A stretch of 64,000 nucleotides of DNA from a virus. Where the stretch lies: positions 1-64,000 of the IMG/VR virus record IMGVR_UViG_3300018432_000014, one strand, 5' to 3'. Every line of letters starts with the position of its first letter. The first letter of the stretch is position 1. The notes below the pieces were generated by a model that was given only the letters and a program-made list of their open reading frames with translations, was not told the DNA's origin and searched no databases. Both the position numbers and the translations under genes were made by a program. Shown here one piece after another: positions 40,249 through 49,763 of the stretch.

Positions 40249-40884
40249 ATGAGGATCGACGCCGACCGCTGGCCCCTTGATTGGCCTACTGACTGGCCAC
40301 GCACGACACGCCGCGAAAACACCGCTCGCTACAGTCTTTCGTTCGATGCGAGTCGCGAGCGTCTAGTCCGACACCTGAAGATGCTCGGTGCGACCGAGTT
40401 CGTTCTCTCGACGAATGTTCCGTTGCGCAAAGATGGCTTCCCGCGCACGACGACTGAGCCGCGCGATCCGGGCGTCGCGGTCTATTGGGTCGAGGCGTAC
40501 GCGCAGCCTGCGAACGGTAAGCCCTCGACTCGAGCGTACCGATCGAAGGTGATTGCGTGCGACCACTGGACTCGCGTCCGAGACAACTTGCGTGCATGCG
40601 GCATGGCGATCGAAGCGCTGCGCGCGCTGCAGCGATCGGGCGCGACTCAGGTGATCGACCGCGTGTTCACGGGCTTCGCGGCGTTGCCTGCGAATGCGAG
40701 TAAGAGCAACTGGCGAACGGTGCTCGGCTTCGATCCTGAGATCGAGATCGTCTCGCCCGAGATCCTCAAGGCCGCATACTTCGCGGCGTCGCTTGCTGCA
40801 CATCCGGATCGCGGCGGCAGTCACGAGGAACAATCCCGCGTCAACCAAGCGCATGTCGACGCGCGACGGGAGCTTGGTCTATGA
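40249..40884 (+). CDS. Phage protein with C-terminal DnaJ J-domain
   Basis: WPLDWP..WPRT N-terminus; WRTVLG..AY..HPDRGGS C-terminus. Confidence 0.85.
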   Translation: MRIDADRWPLDWPTDWPRTTRRENTARYSLSFDASRERLVRHLKMLGATEFVLSTNVPLRKDGFPRTTTEPRDPGVAVYWVEAYAQPANGKPSTRAYRSKVIACDHWTRVRDNLRACGMAIEALRALQRSGATQVIDRVFTGFAALPANASKSNWRTVLGFDPEIEIVSPEILKAAYFAASLAAHPDRGGSHEEQSRVNQAHVDARRELGL

Positions 40885-41333
40885 CCGAGTGGCAACGCAT
40901 GCAGTGCGCACGCTCGGGTTGCTCGAACGAGTTCACGCCGGACCGATCGTCGCAGCGCTATTGCTCGAGATCGTGCCTGCATCGCAGACGCAACGCAGAG
41001 CCGCTCGACGCGCGCGAGTGCAAGGCATGCTCGCGATCGTTTCGCCCGCGGACGGTGCAAGGTCTCTACTGCAGCCCGCGCTGTCAGGTGTCCGCTGCAC
41101 AGAAAGCCTACGCGCGCCGGCTGCCGCTACCCGAGAAGAGCGAGCCCGAGCGCACCGGTGTTCCCCGGACCATCACGCTCGAGGCCGATGTGTTTGCAGA
41201 GCTGGAGTTTCAAGCCGAGCGCTTGGATCGCTCGGTGTCTTGGATCGTCTCGCGTTGCTTGGATATCGCGATGCCATCGATCTACGAGCTGCCCACCATG
41301 CCCGAGCCGGAGATTTGGAGAGGATCGCGATGA
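40881..41333 (+). CDS. Zn-finger repeat plus RHH protein
   Basis: Two CxxC..YCSxxC units, then TITLE..AERLDRSVSWIV. Confidence 0.65.
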   Translation: MTEWQRMQCARSGCSNEFTPDRSSQRYCSRSCLHRRRNAEPLDARECKACSRSFRPRTVQGLYCSPRCQVSAAQKAYARRLPLPEKSEPERTGVPRTITLEADVFAELEFQAERLDRSVSWIVSRCLDIAMPSIYELPTMPEPEIWRGSR

Positions 41334-42144
41334 ATCAGACGAACACCGAATGTTACGAGTGCGGTGGCACGGATGCGCAGCGACCGGGTTTGCCATGCGA
41401 TGCGTGCATGGAGCGAGCTATTCCGGGTTGGCTGCGTCTCCGAGACGATCACGAGCGGCTTCTCGCTGCGGGCGTGCATCCGGACATCGCATCGCGTCGT
41501 CTGTGCGTGGCGGTCGAGCACGGAGATTACGACTGATGAATCACTCGAGCAGACCCGCAGAGCCAGAAGAGATGAGCCCGTTTCGCTCGAGGCTTGAATC
41601 GGCAGCCGTCAGGCTCGAGGTGCTCAGGTCACGATCGAGCCCGACGGTCGCCATGGACATCTTGCGCGAGATCGTCGCGGTTCGCGAGGCCGCGACACGA
41701 CTCGAGGGCGAGCCCTGCCACGCATGCGCAACGCTCGCCTCTGCGAAATGCAGATGGTGCGCGGGCAAGGGGGCGCTATGAGCGCACGACAGTTGCTCGA
41801 GGTGCTCGGTGTCTACGCGTTTCGACGCGCGCGTTTCGGGCGACAGGAACACACGCGTCGCCCGATCATCTTCACTGGCGTTAGCGTCGGTTGGTTCGCG
41901 TTCGGTCGATTCAAGCTCGACACCGAGTGGCAACCAGAGCCTCGACCGCCGATCGATTTCGACGAGATGCTTGCCGAGGTCGACCCGAAAGAGGGGACGA
42001 CGTGATCCTCGATTCGGTACGTCTGCCGATGAGGTCCGTGGAAAAATCGGCGGTTCGACGCGTCTTGACGCTTTTCCTCTTGATCAAGCGTCGGTTCCGA
42101 GTATGGACGCCTTTCTCGAGCGCATGCCTTGTCGGCGGTAGCAC

Positions 42145-42561
42145 GTGAGCCAGATCCCTCGACTGGTCTCGCCGACAGAGGTCATGCGAGTGCTGAGTTG
42201 CGGGCGCAGAAATGCGTATGTCGTGATGGCGCGTCTTGGCGGTCACAAGATCGAGGGCATCGGCTGGCGTGTGTCTGAGAAACGACTGCGTGAATACGTT
42301 TGTAAACTCGAGCGAGGATGTAGCGACGAATGGAAACCAAATCTCGAAAGCGAAAGAACGGCAAACGATTCTGGTACGCAACCATCCATTGGTCCGATGG
42401 ACAACGGATGTGCAGCAAGCTCGTCGCAACCCACGTTGCAGACGATGGAACTGCAGCCTCAAGAAAAGCAGCCGAGCAAAACGGCAGAGAGATCCAAAAT
42501 ACATTCGCGAATCGTCGTAGCAGCAAAGAGAGCACGCTCCTTACGCTCGAAAAGGCGATAG
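42145..42561 (+). CDS. Excisionase-like HTH protein overlapping the integrase
   Basis: LVSPTEVMRVLSCGRRNAY..WRVSEKRLREY. Confidence 0.55.
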   Translation: MSQIPRLVSPTEVMRVLSCGRRNAYVVMARLGGHKIEGIGWRVSEKRLREYVCKLERGCSDEWKPNLESERTANDSGTQPSIGPMDNGCAASSSQPTLQTMELQPQEKQPSKTAERSKIHSRIVVAAKRARSLRSKRR

Positions 42562-43454
42562 CTGATCTCGTTTTGGCAAAAACGCTTGCAGGGAAGTCAG
42601 ATGCCACTCTCGAGATCATTGCAGACAAGGCAGCTCGTCTCTTCGAGGTGTTCGGGCCCGACTGCAGGATGTACGCGATCGATCGACAGGCTGCTAAAGC
42701 CTATCTCGAGGAGAGATCGAAGCCGGATGAAAACGGAAACGTGCCAGCGGCGACGACGTTGTATCGCGAGTTTCTGATCCTCAAGCAAGCGTTCAACGAA
42801 GCCGGCATACCGCATCCCGAATGGCCCGAGATACCAGACGCGCCGCCATCACGTGATCGTATTCTTGAGGTACCTGAACAGATCAAGTTGCTTGCGGCGG
42901 TCGCACCTCAACGACGAGTGCTTGTCCAAGCGTATCTGCAGCTCGGGGGCATGCGTAAGAGCGAGCCAGAGACGATCAGTCGCGTGAATTGGAAAACACG
43001 CATGGCCACTATCAACGGCACGAAGACTAGACGATCGGTCCGTGAGGCGCCGATCCCGGATGGTCTTTATGAGTTGATGAAGGAAATGGGCGATCCGTTT
43101 CCTGGATTCGAGCCATGGGCAAACGCTGATCGTGATTTGCGTGCGGCGTGCGTGCGAGCTGAGATCCCGATCGTGAGCTTCAATGATCTGCGGCGTACAT
43201 ACGCGACGTTTATGGCGCGCTCAGGATGCCCTCAACTCTTGCTTGCTCGGTACATGGGAACAAGCGTCAAGATGATCGACGAGGTCTATGCTCGGCTCGA
43301 GGCAGAGGGCGAGCATCATCTCGCATCGGTTCGAAAGGGCGTGCCCGACCTCGAGCGACACAAGCGCAAGGCGAGCAAAGCAATCCGGGCTCGAGAGGCA
43401 CTCGCTGCGCCAATCGCGAAAGCCGTCGACAAGGCACGTGCGAAGACACCCTAG
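42330..43454 (+). CDS. int: Tyrosine integrase
   Basis: N-terminal arm-binding-like segment; GMRKSE, GTKT, NDLRRTYAT, MGTS..MIDEVY. Confidence 0.88.
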   Translation: METKSRKRKNGKRFWYATIHWSDGQRMCSKLVATHVADDGTAASRKAAEQNGREIQNTFANRRSSKESTLLTLEKAIADLVLAKTLAGKSDATLEIIADKAARLFEVFGPDCRMYAIDRQAAKAYLEERSKPDENGNVPAATTLYREFLILKQAFNEAGIPHPEWPEIPDAPPSRDRILEVPEQIKLLAAVAPQRRVLVQAYLQLGGMRKSEPETISRVNWKTRMATINGTKTRRSVREAPIPDGLYELMKEMGDPFPGFEPWANADRDLRAACVRAEIPIVSFNDLRRTYATFMARSGCPQLLLARYMGTSVKMIDEVYARLEAEGEHHLASVRKGVPDLERHKRKASKAIRAREALAAPIAKAVDKARAKTP

Positions 43455-43672
43455 CGAGCCTCGTGTTCGACGCACCATCGGATCAACTCGCTTCGCGGTA
43501 TGATGAGTCGCGAAGCGCCCGACAGCTTGGATCGCATCGCTCTCAACTCACCGGCTGCGATCAAGCGCTGCAACGACCTCGGGTGCATGCACAGTGCGCG
43601 CGCTGCATCTCGCAGGCCGACCGTTGCGGGCAGTGACGATTCGAGATCGCGCAGATGAGGGGCGATCGCTAC
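43451..43672 (-). CDS. MerR/Xis-type HTH protein (start uncertain)
   Basis: GLRDAARALCMHPRSLQRLIAAGELRA..IIPRSEL. Confidence 0.6.
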   Translation of the reverse strand, partial: VAIAPHLRDLESSLPATVGLRDAARALCMHPRSLQRLIAAGELRAMRSKLSGASRLIIPRSELIRWCVEHEAR

Positions 43673-44401
43673 GGGTACCCTCGACGGGCTCGACGTGCTG
43701 CGACCTCTGCGATGTCTGCCTCGCTCGGCTGAACCTCTGAGCGAGGCAGTGCTTTTTTTGCGAGAGGCTTTTCGTCGAGTGTGGGTCGAGCCGCAAACTT
43801 TTGAGCGAGTAGCACTGCCACGCGACGAGCAATGCGCTCGATGTCTTCGTCGCTGAGCTTGACGTCGATCATGGCTTGGCCCGTTTGCGCAACGTCTGGC
43901 GCGCGTCTTTGAGAGCAGCTGCAGCTTCGTCGGGTCGCAGCTTTGCAAGCTCAGTTTTTGCGGTGCGCTGCACACGGGCGGCGATCGTTTGCATGCGTTT
44001 GGCTGCGGGGCTCAGGTCGAGCCGGTCGTATGGTCCTTGCGCGCGGCGCTTGCCCTCGACCGCTCGCACGAGCTGAGCGAGCAGAGCCTCGATTGCGCAG
44101 AGCCGAGCGTTGAGTTCCGGGTCCATGGTCAATCCGCTAGCACGGTTGGCACGAGGCCCGTACACGGCCCGGGCGAATCGCACAGGGCCCGAATCTTCCA
44201 GAGACGGCAGAATCTCAGATCTGACGACTAGCATAGTCCCAAAACAGTCGAGGTTTACAGCGTGATCAGCATGCTAAGAGATCGCGACCTCAACACGTCC
44301 CGCATCCGGGGCGCACTTCTCTGCAGTTTGAGGGCCAAAGTGACACTATCAAAAGTGTGTAGTGTTGGATCTGCGACACAACACAATTTCGATTTTAGGT
44401 C

Positions 44402-44621
44402 TGGGCTCGCTCTGGGCTCCGAAAACGACCCCTGCGAGACCTAAAGGAACAGGTGCGCGCGAATCCTACACTGTCTTTTGCCGTGAAATCATTGGATAAA
44501 ATAGTGGAGTCAGGGGGGATCGAACCCCCGGCCTCCGCACTGCCAGTGCGAAAGTCATTCCGAAATCCCCTGTGATTGCAGCTAGTTACAGCCGCGAAAT
44601 TCTTGGGCTCGCTCTGGGCTC
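44402..44621. mobile_element. attP region: tRNA-derived core flanked by 18-bp direct repeats
   Basis: TGGGCTCGCTCTGGGCTC at 44402-44419 and 44604-44621; lower-GC non-coding DNA about 1 kb from int. Confidence 0.75.
44505..44550 (-). other. 3' half of tRNA-Ala(GGC), attP core
   Basis: Minus strand CGCA-CTGGCAG-TGCG GAGGCC GGGGG-TTCGATC-CCCCC TGACTCCA: anticodon arm, T arm and acceptor 3' strand; 5' half absent. Confidence 0.85.
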
Positions 44622-44827
44622 AGGCTGCCGCGGGGTTGTGGGCCGTTTGAGCCCGTCCTGCCTACCAGCGCCGTGCTCGGGCTTTCTGAGCCCGAGCCTC
44701 TCAGCGGTCTTACCACGGCAGGGCCCGACCGACCTAGCGGCCTGCCCGAGACCGCCCCTATGGCGAGCCCGAGGGGCCTGCGATTGGGCTTCTCCCGAGC
44801 CCGTCTCGAGGGCTACCGTCGGGCCCC

Positions 44828-45085
44828 GTGGCCACCTCTCGACGAGACGACAGCATCGCGCCCGGATTCGGCTTACGCGTTCAAGAAGCACGGCAGCGGC
44901 TATGGATGTCGCAAGCCGCTCTCGGTGAGGCGATCGGCGGCGACACGGCGACCATCTATCGGACCGAGGCAGGCGACAATCTGCCGCAGCTCGCAACGTT
45001 TGCAGCGTTGTGCATCGCGCTCGACGTCTCGGCCGACTTTCTGTTGTTCGGCGACAGTGGGCGCCCTCGAGTCTTGAAGCGATAG
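44828..45085 (+). CDS. XRE-family HTH repressor
   Basis: FGLRVQEARQRLWMSQAALGEAIG..TIYRTEAG..P.L..LC.ALDVSADFLLFG. Confidence 0.85.
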   Translation: MATSRRDDSIAPGFGLRVQEARQRLWMSQAALGEAIGGDTATIYRTEAGDNLPQLATFAALCIALDVSADFLLFGDSGRPRVLKR

Positions 45086-45086
45086 C

Positions 45087-45106
45087 GTGTGGCCCCGGGG
45101 TTACAT
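45087..45106. repeat. Dispersed palindrome copy (GTGTGGCCCCGGGGTTACAT)
   Basis: 1 nt after the repressor stop codon. Confidence 0.8.
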
Positions 45107-45537
45107 CGCGTGTCTCACGAGGCCCGCTTGAGGCAACCTCGTGAGCATGCCCGACGCAACCGTACTCTGCGAGCACCATTGGTCGAGACACAAGTACGAG
45201 CCCGAGGTCGAGCGCGAAACGCGCTACTGCATGCGGTGCGGCCGATGCCAGCAACGAGAGGGCAACGGCAGCAACCATTTCGCTCGGTGGCGGAACAATC
45301 GGCAACGCGCCGGTCGCTACGTTCGGCCGATTCAGATCACGTGACGATTCGCGTGAGCAAGCATCGCCTCCCAAACGGCCGACTGCAGCTCGGGCACGTG
45401 AGCAAGGCTGCGTCGAGTGCGTCGTGCCAACTCGACGCCCGCGCGAAACCGAAACCGCGGATTGAGATCGGCGTTGTTCGTCATGCGAAAGAGTTCCTCG
45501 CTCTCGAGAAACTCGATCTCGATTTCGAGAGACTCGT

Positions 45538-45855
45538 TCACGACGCACCCGCTTGCAGCTCGAAGAGATCGCGAGCGAGCTTCTCGTCTGCATCGGTGAT
45601 CGAGACGTACTCGGTACCGAGTGCGCGCACGACGAAGAATGTTCCGACGAGGTCGCTCCGATTCGGCGGCAGACCGATCAACCGACCTTCTTCGTTGCAG
45701 ATCACGAAGAGCCAATGCTTGGCGAGCGCCGGGATGTGCACTTGCTCGATGTAGCCGCCGACGATCCGCTGCATGGCTTTCAGCTCGTCGTCGATCTCGA
45801 TCATCTCGCCCGGCTTGCTCGGCTCGTAGACGAGCACCTTGATCTGCTTGCTCAC
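45538..45855 (-). CDS. DUF3846-like hypothetical protein
   Basis: LKAMQRIVGGYIE..ICNEEG.L.GLPPNR. Confidence 0.75.
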   Translation of the reverse strand: MSKQIKVLVYEPSKPGEMIEIDDELKAMQRIVGGYIEQVHIPALAKHWLFVICNEEGRLIGLPPNRSDLVGTFFVVRALGTEYVSITDADEKLARDLFELQAGAS

Positions 45856-46097
45856 TCGCTGGTCTCGTATACGAACCGCGAGTCAATGCGAGATGTGATG
45901 CCGAGGAACCGATCGCCAAGCTCTTCGGCCAACTCGAGCGCGCGTTTTCGGTTGCAGTATCGCGACACGCAGAGCTGTCGATCCTCGTCGAGGTAATGAA
46001 CGTCGTACGGCAAAGACTTCGTAAGTCGACGAAGCGAATTGAACGCGACGTTCGATGAGTGTTTTCGCGCCGCATCGGGATCGGTAAACTTGATCAT
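45852..46097 (-). CDS. Hypothetical 81 aa
   Basis: ATG 46097 at the class II position. Confidence 0.65.
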   Translation of the reverse strand: MIKFTDPDAARKHSSNVAFNSLRRLTKSLPYDVHYLDEDRQLCVSRYCNRKRALELAEELGDRFLGITSRIDSRFVYETSE

Positions 46098-46103
46098 CGG
46101 CCG

Positions 46104-46132
46104 GCAGTCCCGCATCCGGGTCTTGTTGTCAA
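46104..46132 (-). promoter_or_regulatory. Class II promoter
   Basis: TTGACA-17(acaagacccggatgcgg)-GACTGC-6-ATG. Confidence 0.7.
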
Positions 46133-46208
46133 GAGTCGTCGGGCTCTCGAGATGCCATTCACGATCTGGCAAGGTCAGGTTTCCCTTTCGGCCGAATCGA
46201 GTTGAGCT

Positions 46209-46751
46209 ATGGGCGTGCAACACGAGATGTTCCCCGATCACGTGCAACCGCTGGCTCCGAGAGACGAGCCCGCGCCGGGCGAGCCGCAGGTAGCGGCACC
46301 CTCCGGCCGGCGCCGCTTGAAGGCTGCAGGGCTCGCGGACAAGCCGTCTGCGGTCGAGTTCGATGTGGTCGCCGCAAGCGAGGGCCGTGGCCCGTGGTCG
46401 ACACGCACGAGAGCTTCGACCGAGGCCTATCACGCGAAGACGATCGCAGCCGAGCCCGCGCCGGTGTGCATGGTCTCGGTCCAGATCACTCGAGGCTCGC
46501 CCGAGCCGTTACCCGATCGGGTCGAATCGCTGCAGGCTGCGCTCGCGAAAGCCAAGCAAACGATCACCGAGCTACGCGCGCGCATCATCCGAGCCGATAC
46601 GGTCGCCGAGATGTGGCGGTCGGCCTCGGATCCGGAAAATCTCGAGCGTCGAAAGTGCGGGCTCGTGATCCGACAGATCCTGCAGACCGACGGCGATCAA
46701 AGTCTCAAGACGGCACTCGCAGAGCTTGCGCGCGAAAGGGGCGAGACATGA
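46209..46751 (+). CDS. Hypothetical 180 aa
   Basis: ORF with coiled coil; coupled to the next gene. Confidence 0.5.
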   Translation: MGVQHEMFPDHVQPLAPRDEPAPGEPQVAAPSGRRRLKAAGLADKPSAVEFDVVAASEGRGPWSTRTRASTEAYHAKTIAAEPAPVCMVSVQITRGSPEPLPDRVESLQAALAKAKQTITELRARIIRADTVAEMWRSASDPENLERRKCGLVIRQILQTDGDQSLKTALAELARERGET

Positions 46752-47029
46752 AAGCAGAGACGACAGCGGCACCGACTCGGCGCGTGCTGAAACGACGCGA
46801 GGCGATCGAGGTGTTCCAAGCCGAGCCGCAACGCGAGATGACAAGCGCCGATCTCGCGAGAGCGCTCTGTTGCTCGAGGGCCGACGCGATCGCGACGTTG
46901 CGATCGCTCGAGACCGCTCTCACGATCACGAGCCGGCTCGTCTCGAGCCCGCACCGAGAGGGCCTCGGTCGACGGCGGCGGTTCTACCGCCTGCATCGGC
47001 GAGTCGCTGCAGCCCCGCGTCTCGCGTGA
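46748..47029 (+). CDS. Winged-HTH protein
   Basis: MTSADLARALCCSR..LRSLE..GRRRRFYRL. Confidence 0.6.
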   Translation: MKAETTAAPTRRVLKRREAIEVFQAEPQREMTSADLARALCCSRADAIATLRSLETALTITSRLVSSPHREGLGRRRRFYRLHRRVAAAPRLA

Positions 47030-47110
47030 CTCTCAATCGGTCACAACAGTCACTCTAGCTGAGACGTTGAAACGTACAAGCTGTATTTCAGCCGCCCGGG
47101 CCCGCGCCGC

Positions 47111-47293
47111 TCAGACCTTGACGGTGCACGCGACAGGATACTGCCCGGCAGTCTGCGACATCCAACGGCCCGCGCCGACCTCGTACACGTGCAAGCCGCG
47201 AAGCACGTACGTATGCGGCGCCTCGCCCGGGCCGACCGAAAACGTGTTGCGCACTTCCATCCACTGCCCGTTGACTCTGATCTGTTTCGCCAC
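47111..47293 (-). CDS. Hypothetical 60 aa
   Basis: GTG 47293 at the class II position. Confidence 0.65.
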   Translation of the reverse strand: MAKQIRVNGQWMEVRNTFSVGPGEAPHTYVLRGLHVYEVGAGRWMSQTAGQYPVACTVKV

Positions 47294-47299
47294 ACAACA

Positions 47300-47328
47300 A
47301 CCGTAGCTCATCCGGGACACTAACGCAA
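47300..47328 (-). promoter_or_regulatory. Class II promoter
   Basis: TTGCGT-17(tagtgtcccggatgagc)-TACGGT-6-GTG. Confidence 0.65.
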
Positions 47329-47483
47329 GAGGCTAGGCTCGAGATTCAACCGGCGCCGCTCGAGGCCCGCGCCGCTCGAGGCGAGCCCGAGCAGACCGGA
47401 TCGCGTATCCGCGGAAGACTAGAGAAGCGCCGGGCGCTATCCGGGACACTAGCGCCCGATTCCCGAGGCGCTGTCGCAAGTTA

Positions 47484-47522
47484 TGAAATACCGCAAGCGC
47501 TTTTCAGGACCCGAGCTAGAGT
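47484..47522 (+). promoter_or_regulatory. Class I element copy 13
   Basis: TGAAATACCGCAAGCGCTTTTCAGGACCCGAGCTAGAGT; GTG 46 nt from its start. Confidence 0.85.
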
Positions 47523-47529
47523 GTCTGTT

Positions 47530-48459
47530 GTGAGCACGACGATGAAAACGCTTGGTTTCGGGATTGAGATTGAGACCGTAGGTCTCCGCCGCACGGCGAT
47601 TGCCGCTGCGATTGCATCGGTGCTCGGCACCGACTCGCACGGCGGCGAGACGGCGACCGACTCGCTCGGTCGCACTTGGAAGGTTGTGCCCGATGGCAGC
47701 CTTGCAGGCGGCTACGACAACAGCGGCGAGATCGTCTCGCCCAAACTCACCTACGCCGACCTCGACACGTTGCAGGCGATTGTGCGTGCAGTGCGCGCAG
47801 CTGGCGCGCGGGTCGATGCCTCTTGCGGCATTCACGTGCACATCGACAGCTCGGTCTTTACGGCTAAGTCGGTCGTGAATCTCGTCAAGATCGTGCACAA
47901 GCAAGAGCGCTTGATCGAGCATGCCTTGCGCATCGCGCAAAGCCGTCTCGAGCGCTACTGCCTGCCGATCGATGCTGGTTTTATTCAGCGGCTCGAGGCG
48001 AGCCCGGTTCGCACGATGGCCGACGTCTCGCGCGCTTGGTACGGCTACGACAACTCGAGCCCGACGCGCTACGACTCGAGCCGCTACCACGGCCTCAACC
48101 TCAACAGTCACTTTTTCCGCGGCACCGTTGAGTTTCGCTACTTTACGGGCTCGTTGCATGCGGGCGAGGTCAAGGCGTATGTGCAGTTTTCGCTCGCACT
48201 CGCGGCCCGCGCGCTCACGACGAAATCGGCCTCGAGCAAGCGCCGCGAATTCAACGTGTCGACCGCGAAGTACGACTTTCGCGTGCTCATGATCAAGCTC
48301 GGCCTCATCGGTGACGAGTTCAAAACGTGCCGCCTACACCTCTCGAAGCATCTCGAGGGTACGAGCGCGACGAAGCGCGCCGCGGTTGTCGCGGTTGCCG
48401 CGCCCGAGGCCGCTGCAGCCTCCGAGTCGACCGACAACGGTGCGAACCATGGCTCATAA
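47530..48459 (+). CDS. Putative amidoligase (COOH-NH2 ligase, Amidoligase_2-like)
   Basis: FGIEIE, DGSL, EIVSP, SCGIHVH, RY.GLNL, TVEFR. Confidence 0.88.
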   Translation: MSTTMKTLGFGIEIETVGLRRTAIAAAIASVLGTDSHGGETATDSLGRTWKVVPDGSLAGGYDNSGEIVSPKLTYADLDTLQAIVRAVRAAGARVDASCGIHVHIDSSVFTAKSVVNLVKIVHKQERLIEHALRIAQSRLERYCLPIDAGFIQRLEASPVRTMADVSRAWYGYDNSSPTRYDSSRYHGLNLNSHFFRGTVEFRYFTGSLHAGEVKAYVQFSLALAARALTTKSASSKRREFNVSTAKYDFRVLMIKLGLIGDEFKTCRLHLSKHLEGTSATKRAAVVAVAAPEAAAASESTDNGANHGS

Positions 48460-48949
48460 GCCCCGCGGCAAGCGGCCGACAGCGGCCCGCAAGCTCGGTC
48501 GTGACGCACTCTACTTTGCGTATGGCTCGAACCTGAGCGCGGCTCAGATGCAGGCGCGATGTCCCGGCGCCGTGATCGAGGCCCGCGCCACGTTGACCGA
48601 CTACACGATCGCATTCGGTGGTTTCTCTGCGCGTTGGGGCGGCGGTGTCGCGAGCCTCGTACGAGTGCGCGGCGCATGCACAGAAGGTCTGATCTACCGA
48701 ATCGACCGAGACCTCATGCGCCAGCTGGATCAGTACGAGGGTGTTCCCCGCTCGTACGTACGCATCGCGAAAGAGGTACTCGACGAGCACGGCCGCCGAC
48801 GTCGCGCGCAAGTGTATCTGCAGACCGACGACGCATTCACATCCGAGTGTCTGCCCTCTGCGAGGTACTTCGCGCAGATCCTCGCCGCATACGACCGACT
48901 AGGTTTCGACACCGATCCGCTACGCGCCGCCATTGGAGGCTATCAGTGA
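48449..48949 (+). CDS. Gamma-glutamylcyclotransferase family protein
   Basis: YFAYGSNL..QM.ARCP..LDQYEG. Confidence 0.88.
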   Translation: MAHKPRGKRPTAARKLGRDALYFAYGSNLSAAQMQARCPGAVIEARATLTDYTIAFGGFSARWGGGVASLVRVRGACTEGLIYRIDRDLMRQLDQYEGVPRSYVRIAKEVLDEHGRRRRAQVYLQTDDAFTSECLPSARYFAQILAAYDRLGFDTDPLRAAIGGYQ

Positions 48950-49314
48950 CGACGATCGTGTTTGTGTACGGCTCGCTCCTTGCAGGGCAGGGCAATCACC
49001 GAGTGCTGCGCACGGCTCGCTTCGTCGGGCGCGCGCAGACCGCGCCCGAGTACACCATGCATTCGCTAGGCGGGTTTCCGGGCGTTGTGAGCGGCGGCAG
49101 CACCCCGATCGAGGGCGAGTGCTACGAGGTCGACGGCCCGACGCTCGAGGCTTTAGACCGGCTTGAGGGACACCCAAGTTTCTACCGCCGAACGCGGATT
49201 GTGCTAGAGGACAAGATGTCGGTTGAAATCTACTTGCTCACTTCCGAGCAAGTCGACGAGCTGCCGATCGTGGTTTCGGGTTGCTGGTTACAGTACCGAC
49301 AGGGGCAAAGATGA
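48946..49314 (+). CDS. Gamma-glutamylcyclotransferase (AIG2-like) protein
   Basis: VFVYGSL..GECYEV..LDRLEGHP..Y.R. Confidence 0.88.
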   Translation: MTTIVFVYGSLLAGQGNHRVLRTARFVGRAQTAPEYTMHSLGGFPGVVSGGSTPIEGECYEVDGPTLEALDRLEGHPSFYRRTRIVLEDKMSVEIYLLTSEQVDELPIVVSGCWLQYRQGQR

Positions 49315-49556
49315 GAATCGAAATTCGTGATGGTCGCGTGCTGCAGGGCACGGCATTGCAGATTGTAAAAGCGATGCAGGATCTGGCATTCGGCGTCGAC
49401 GATTTTACGGTTGCGCAGTACGTCGCTTGGGTTGTCGACAACACGCTGCGCATCGAAGAGCTAGCGCTCGACGTCAAGGGCGAGACAGACGACGAGCTTG
49501 CGCAGTCGCTCGTCGACGAGATGCTGCGGCACAACTTCGCGCGAAAGCTCGACTGA
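49311..49556 (+). CDS. Hypothetical 81 aa
   Basis: ATGA-coupled to GGCT. Confidence 0.65.
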   Translation: MRIEIRDGRVLQGTALQIVKAMQDLAFGVDDFTVAQYVAWVVDNTLRIEELALDVKGETDDELAQSLVDEMLRHNFARKLD

Positions 49557-49562
49557 GACGAG

Positions 49563-49591
49563 TTGACAACGAGGCCCGCATCCGGGACACT
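49563..49591 (+). promoter_or_regulatory. Class II promoter
   Basis: TTGACA-17(acgaggcccgcatccgg)-GACACT-6-ATG 49598 (61-aa Cys-rich ORF 49598-49783). Confidence 0.75.
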
Positions 49592-49763
49592 ATAAGCATG
49601 GCTGCGAAACGTCGTCGTCGGTGTGTAGTGTGCGAGCGAGAATGCGTGCTTCTTTTGTGCGCGCGATGTTCGCGCTCATACGACAGGTCTTGTCGGAGAG
49701 ACGACTCGACGCTCGCAGCTGTCATCGAATGGGCCGCGACACGAGCCCGCAGGTTTGTGAAAG

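Noticed and set aside
44490-44580. Complete phage tRNA gene
   Set aside because: No D arm or acceptor 5' strand upstream of the anticodon arm, and it ends CTA rather than CCA; treated as the attP core.
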